DNA from: Octopus vulgaris
Lineage: Eukaryota
Direction: 5' to 3'
Length of the DNA stretch: 64,000 nt
NCBI GenBank assembly: GCA_951406725.2
Contig: OX597815.1
Coordinates: 198,090,001-198,154,000, forward strand
In this document: positions 56,151 to 64,000 of the stretch, one piece after another
Position numbering within the stretch: the first letter of the stretch is position 1
Layout of the letters: the number at the start of each line of letters is the position of its first letter
Notes under the pieces: generated by a model
Told to the model about the DNA's origin: nothing
Database searches by the model: none
What the model saw: the letters and a program-made list of their open reading frames with translations, nothing else
Made by a program: the position numbers and the translations under genes

Positions 56151-57854
56151 AATTTCTGTGTCGTTTTCATGTAAAATGCATAATTCTTTCGTTACTTTGT
56201 TGTGAGACTGTGCTAAAAATTTCCCCCAATATCTATCGGGGGCAAACGGTAAACAACTGGAAACATAGCTTGGAGTTAGTTATTTCGAATCTTTAATTTC
56301 CGGTTTCAAACCCGTCCACAATCAACTTTGTAATTTGATAGGAATCGGGAAAAAATGAAGTGCTAATAATATTTTACCACATTGGTAACAAACAAATGTT
56401 CCCACTGAAAAATTATTTTCACTTTGTTCATGGATTGGAAAACATTAATAATATTGCTTTCTCTATAGCCATAAAACAACGGGATTCCAATCATCATATT
56501 TATCTTAATTACCAACATCTTACATCACCATCCTTGCCGTAGTCATCACCATCCTTGTCGCTCTTGTCAAAATCAAACTGTACCCGCTTCTTATTAATTA
56601 GCGCCTCATCAGTTTAACTACCAGAATAACAAATTATGCAAGAAGAACGATGATATCGAGTCGAATGAGTTGACGTAATTTTTTGAGCATATCTATATTT
56701 TATCATTACAAATATGTAAGACAGTCATGTCGAGGGTGAAGACATTGACGACTACGATGAGATTAACGACTTCAGCAACAACGAAGACGACAAGCAATAT
56801 TTCCCAAAATGAAAACCTTATTTGAAATTTAACTTTGCCGCTAATGGCTATGAAGATAATGGCAATGTTAGCAATAATGAAATAAAGAAATAAGTAATGT
56901 GGTTGCGATATGAAGAACAAATATATGAATAATGAATTACGGAATGAATGACATGAATGTAGGAGGAAGGAAAATTAGTATGATACGAATAAAATGAAGA
57001 ATGAGAAATAAAGCTATATCTGAAAAACATGCCAGTCATATTTCTATTCATTCAGGATAAACCTCAGCAAAATCTAGAAATAATCAGTAAAACTGGGAAC
57101 TGTAAATAAATCATATCCAAATACCAAAAAAAAAATAAAAAAATACTAAGACACCGTATTATACCCAAACGTAAATATCTACAATAAAATCATCATGAAC
57201 AATCATAACAGTAATAAATATGGAAAAACGAAGTGATTGAAACAGTGAAAGAGGAACTGGAAGAGGGAGAACTCAAAATAGTGGGAGACGGAGACAGGGA
57301 GGTATAAAATGGAGAGTCGGCTGTCAAGATTTGCATCCATGTTTGGAGATGTTTTCTCAGATATTCCAGTTGATTTATTACAGAGTCCATAGTGTACTGA
57401 CGAATCCACTGCATAGCTAAGTTGTATTTATGCCATGGCTAGAAGCCATGAGAATATTCTATAAATCAATGTTGATGGTTGGCCTGGAAAGCAGAAGGGG
57501 TTCTTTTGCTGCTGTGAGCTACGCATATTATGATGGATGTAAAACCAGAGAAAGGGAGTGTCAGAAGATCATAAGGAAGTAATAACAAATATAAAAAAAA
57601 GGAAAAAAAAAAGGAAAATAAATTTTAATGAAATCGAAGAGACTATGAGAAAATGGTAAAAGTAGAATAGAGAGATATAGCAAAGAAGAAAGTAGAACAA
57701 ATGAGGTGGGGAGAGTTAAGGATGAGCACACAAAGAAAGTTTGGAAATCAAAGGAACGTATGCATATTCATATGCATAACTATGCACAACACACACACAC
57801 ACACTGACTCACAAACACATACATGTGTATACATGCATGCGTGTGTATATATGT

Positions 57855-57889
<35 letters not shown>

Positions 57890-58055
57890 CATATATAGAT
57901 GTGTATATATATATATATATAGATAGATAGATGTGTATGTATATATATATATATATATATATACACATACTCAAATACTTGCATCGTATATAAATATATG
58001 CATATATGTATATATATATATACATACTCAAATACTTGCATCGTATATAAATATA

Positions 58056-58099
<44 letters not shown>

Positions 58100-58208
58100 C
58101 ACATATGCATATATACTTACTCAAATACTTGCATCATATATAAATATATGCATATATATATATATACATACCTAAAAATACAATTACTTGTATACGCGTA
58201 CACGTATA

Positions 58209-58261
<53 letters not shown>

Positions 58262-58275
58262 AGATACACGATGTT

Positions 58276-58306
<31 letters not shown>

Positions 58307-58748
58307 GTGTGTGTGTGTGTGTGTATGTGTGTGTGTGTGTGTGTTTTGAGAATTTGTGCGCTGAATGGAAAGAAGAAGGAAACGTAGTGAAAGCTAAGTA
58401 TGTTGTGTTAGGGAAGAGAGGAAGAATAACACAGATGAAGATTATATAAGGGTTCGTGATTTCAAAGTGATTACTTTTAGATCGAAAAGCAGATACAAAG
58501 ATCATACAGAGAACGGAGGAGAGGTAGGTAAAGACCAGTTTAGTATGAAAAATAAATGTTTATTAAACAAATACCTATGATTAAAAAACATGCTACACTG
58601 CATAAACGCCAGCTCACACAAATAAGTAATAATGTTTTCTTTATGAGAACGGCTGACATTTTGCATAACTACCCTAATATATTTTCCTCCCCTCCTATAA
58701 GCAAGCATATATAAAGTGATATATGTGTGTGTATGTGTGTGTTTGTGA

Positions 58749-58787
<39 letters not shown>

Positions 58788-59544
58788 AATATACACCTAT
58801 GTATACGTATACGCATATATATACACACACAGGTATTATATATGCTTTGTAAATGTCTATATAAGGGAACGAAGTACACATGAAAGGAAACACGTAAGAG
58901 ATAACAATACAGAATAAAAAAAGGAACGTATACTGTGAAATATATCTCTAATATATGCATGTAAATATATGCGCACACACGCACATTAACTTCTACATCT
59001 GTAGGTTTTGTGTATATATCGTTCAATATACCATTCTGATATTCCTTCCTTCTTTCCTTCTACGTAGTTATATGTAACACTTACAATTTTCCGTTTTGTT
59101 TACTTTATTCTCCCATGGCTCTGCCTTAATATATGTCTTACTCCATTTCTTTCATTAGATTTGTTTCCATCCTGTTTGGTTAGATCTAATTATCTTGCTA
59201 TATATTTATAGATCTATAAATCTATAAGTAGCAGTAAACATCTATCAAGAAATCTGCAAATCAATCAAATTCGTTATTGATCTATCTACATTTTAGAGTG
59301 CAATTCTATTTGTCTCACAATCTTTTTTATATATCTATGGACAAGAAACCCAATGAAATATTACATGTGTATAAAGCAGATATTAAGCTTTTTTACGCCA
59401 ATGCTTGCCATTCTCTCATTCTTCCTCTTCATAACAACTTATCTATATGTTTGTAACCCCCTCTCTGAATCTCTCTCATACATACACACTCACACATAAG
59501 CACATACATACATACATACATACATACATACATACATACATACA

Positions 59545-59963
<419 letters not shown>

Positions 59964-60035
59964 ATAATCCGCAGCCTCTATTGAGGCTGAGGATTAAGAA
60001 CAAAATACCTATGTTTCCAGTGTCGAATTATCCAA

Positions 60036-60200
60036 ACCCGATAAAATTCCTCTCAACACACGTCTACAATGCTCCCCAACTACTTCTGCTCGTGATCAGA
60101 GATGCACAAATCGCCAGCAACTAAGGGATATGCTGAACTGCTTAAAGTCAAGCCACTGAGCAGCAAATCTGTAGTAATTAGTAAAATATATGCTATGTGC
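60036..60200 (-). mobile_element. Degenerate family D fragment
   Basis: CTCTCAACACAC..CTACTTCTGCTCGTGATCAGAGATG matches 53450-53505. Confidence 0.7.
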
Positions 60201-63200
60201 CCTTGGTAGAATTAATAATCATAATTATTGTCTTGCACCAAGCAAACATAATCGTTTCTATGTCTTACAAAGCACTTAGCATCATGTCTTCTGACATGTT
60301 ACATTCTAATCTCAAATTCCGAAGGAGTTAACATTGCTTTTCTTCTTTTCGGGCTAGAAAATAATAGAAGATAATGTGGCCTATGTAATAAACAAAACGC
60401 TTTTTCTCCAAATTGCAGTACAAGTACGAAATTTCAAATGAGAGCAGGCGTAATATTTATCGCCTCAAACAAAAATTCGTAGGGGCATTCCATCCGGGTA
60501 TTTATGTATTGACTTCATACGCTGCTGATTTCATCCTTTCTAGGTCAATCCAACTGAACATCAGTGTCAATGCACTCGGTGAGCAGCTCTCCAAGAGTTA
60601 AAGCTTAGTTCCGATTATAGAAGTAATTAATATTATTATTGCAAGGGATGAAAATTATTTCATATATTTATATTACATAAAAATATATAAATGAAAACAC
60701 ACACACGCACACACACATATCAACACACGCCTAGATAATGCGGGTATTGATTTTAGTGTTTAAAACAACACATAAATACAAATGGGAATATGATTTCCAT
60801 ATATGTAACGTTCAATGTAACATTTAATCTCTACTTTTCAAAGCTACTTTATTTAACATGTTTGACAAGGGTTTAGCGATGAATACTTGAAACAGATATT
60901 TGTTGATTGCGTAGGCGGTACAGAGAAATGAATATACCCATATAACCATTCGCACGCACAACACCCAACACACACACACACACACACACAGCACCATCAC
61001 CCGGGCACATACACACACTCACACACTGAAACACGCACACTCACACACATACAGGCACGCACACACACACACATACATATATATGTAAATCGGTGGCTTT
61101 GCTTCAATGTATGAATATACGTGCACATATACACACATTACAAATTTTTATTACCAAGTGAAACCATCAGATACAGAACTTACACACAAGTGTTCCGTCT
61201 TGATGCAACTCACACGCTCACATTTAAGGATACATAACACTATTATATTTAAACACTATGCGCGTTTTCACTTATGTATTTTTTAATATTTCTCATTTGC
61301 AATTTATAGAACCTTTGAGATTAAAGTATATGCGACATCTTACAATGGTTGTTACTTCAGCGCTAATGCGCGCCAAATGTACGTATCTTCGTTCATATTT
61401 TAACCAAATAACTCATCATATATGAGTTATCTTCCTAATCTACTTCCATGACATTAAAACTTGGCCGAAGGGTATTTTATTAGATTAATCGCCAATATTA
61501 TCTTAGCTGATCAAAACGGTTCTTTTCACAATATTTTCACGTTACTAAACAGAAATCTGATACACGTTTCAAATTCCTTTAGACTGTACAAGGAATTGTT
61601 CTAAGCATCAATAGTGACAAAAGCAAGGGTGTAATTACCCGGGTGTCTTTTCCTTGTTTGAATATTGTACGCATCTGCCAATTCAGCAGAACATAAGGCA
61701 ACGTAGCACGAAATGAGGGACATTAAAACAAAAAGTAATATCTTTACGGAAAAATACAAGGTCAAATATGGATAAACGATCCAGAGAAATACTCAATGAC
61801 TGAGATGTGTCTTCCGTGTAAAGACGCACCTCACCTCAATATATGGCTGTCTTTCAAGATCGGATATAGATGAGACCAATCTTTTCCGCATGATGTTGAC
61901 CAGTAACCTTTATGAAATGAGAAGTAGCAAATTTAGCTCTAAATATAAAGACAGGATTGTTATCGCTTACAATGATAGGAATCTATATAAATCTTAAGAT
62001 GTACAGTTACTCACAATGATAAGAAGCATAGGTCTGCTACAATATATATGCAATACTTCAAGGTCTATCAGCCAACAAATACCCTTCAGGATCTCGTTGT
62101 TTTCGTTTCCAGTTTTAAGCTTAGATAATAGCAGTAATTCTATTTGTTCTACGGTGTTGTGGATAATAAGCATGTCACAATCTTTGACCGCAATAAAATA
62201 TATTTGTCTCGTTCAAGTGTTCTATCCATCTCTTTTAGGCCGAGCTTAAACGAATTTATGACATATATGACATATATGACACTCACTTCAATATCAATAG
62301 CAGCGGTTAAATTTCTTGATTACCAGTAAGTGATAACATTTTGCTGAGATATCAGAACTAGCGAACGTGCAATAATTGTGATTCTTGAAACGCGTTACCC
62401 TTGTAAATCTGAATGTACCCCTAGTTATCTGACATTTGTCGTTAACATGCTATGAACAGACCAATATTCAATTTATTTCTAGGCTGACGGGAGAGAAGCA
62501 TATTTCATGTCTAACGGCCTGGCTATTCTGTAGATTCGAACATTTGTCTTTACATTGTATCAATATATATTGGCTGGAAAATGGTTTTCGCATTACTATG
62601 CCCCATCTACACAAAAATATGGCTGATTACATTTTTCTTAGTTGACACATGATCCCTGCATTCCGATTAGTCAGCCCTATTTATTTGTCTAGACTTGTGA
62701 TATGTCTATTTAAGAGTACATTCTTGATTGTGTATTTCAAAGAAAATCTTTTATATTTGAGATTGTGTATATCAGAGTTTCTGTACTTCAAGCACAACCA
62801 TTATATCCGAAGATGTCTATCAGAGAATGGGAAATTTAAATAGAAGATCTTGTATCAATTAAAAGCTGCTATTGTCCTGATTATCATAAAGCAGAATAAT
62901 TGTGTAATGAGGTAGTAATTGCTTGCAACAAATTACAAATAGGTAGTAATCACTCGTGCATTAGTCATTTTGAGCACCCAAATATTCAACAGAGGAAAAC
63001 AAATATTAAGGCGGTAGTGTCTACTTTCTGGATTACCTTATCAGATGAAAGCATACACTATCAATGTAGTTAATTACCACTTCACTACATAGTCTACTCT
63101 CATTGAGTTCAAGTGATATCGATGACATAGTTTGGTCGGAAGAGTGTTTGATGCTGAAGTCTATTTAATAGTTGCAGGAATGAAACAGTATGTATATATA

Positions 63201-64000
63201 CAATGTGACAAAATTGAAAGATATATTCTGTTTATTTTTCCATTGCAATGTAAGTCTCCTCTCGTACCTCGTTTCAGGTCAAGGAATTTGAACTGAATGC
63301 ACGATAGACAGGCTAATCTTTATAGGCTAATCTCAAACACTCAAAGACTTTATATAATTTCATATAGGTATACATCATAAAAATACTCCACGTCTACAGA
63401 AGCGAAGACATGTTTTTTTAAATGACTTGCAAATCCATTGAAAGAGTAAATCATTTGCAAATGGACTTTCCAATTTTATATAATTTTACCTCACTCATTT
63501 ACATCGATATCTTTAATGAAATACATGATCTTTCAAACAGTTATGTCTTTTTATAATCTCAAACACAAATACACGTTTGAGGAAACTAACCTTGCGGACA
63601 GACTTTTAAAACTATCAGTCATTTATGGGATCCACTTTCTTAGGAGAATATAACTGGGGAACGAAGGTTTTATGGCGTTTTGGAGCACATTCGCTATCAA
63701 AAATTTCTGTATCTTATCACAAAGGAAGTAACTACATCTGCTAGTAAGATCGAAAACCACTGACATTAACTCATTCCGATATGCAGCATATGTAAATGCA
63801 ATGATGGAGACCGTTTGTTCCTCAGAGCAACACACATAATTTTTTTTCTTTTATGGAAGTTGTAATCCACTATAGTCTCCTTTTCATGTGCTTGACAAAA
63901 CGAAGTACGACACTTCTTGATGTCTTCTAGCGTGGGTATATATATTGTACTTTTGGTGAGCATCTATGGTATCTATGGTCCAAAACAAAGTTTGTCTGGA

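Noticed and set aside
62908-62930. TGAGGTAGTA matches the first 10 nt of let-7
   Set aside because: The rest diverges and no precursor hairpin is evident; a chance-level match.

Overview
AT-rich, microsatellite-saturated eukaryotic non-coding DNA, intergenic or deep intronic. The SINE families resemble those I recall from Octopus/cephalopod genomes (inference, not verified). I find no supportable host protein-coding gene, and almost all ORFs in the track are translations of (TA)n, (TAA)n, (CATA)n and (ATCT)n arrays. The real content is transposable: R4/Dong-, RTE- and CR1-type LINE remnants, several tRNA-derived SINE families, a hAT MITE with an 8-bp TSD, an internally deleted mariner, and Penelope-like elements (PLEs), one with an intact Cys-linker + GIY-YIG ORF (22026-22730). 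The main hidden signal is about 11 minimal type I hammerhead ribozyme (HHR) motifs plus one half-motif. They lie in at least 8 mutually dissimilar short elements, most embedded in (TA)n tracts. Most have a self-complementary helix III, and the core 3-8 pair appears as C-G, U-A and G-C. Several sit in large head-to-head palindromes, two of which invert at the predicted scissile bond. One is the tail of a tRNA-headed SINE-like element. All structures were read by eye and ribozyme activity is untested.
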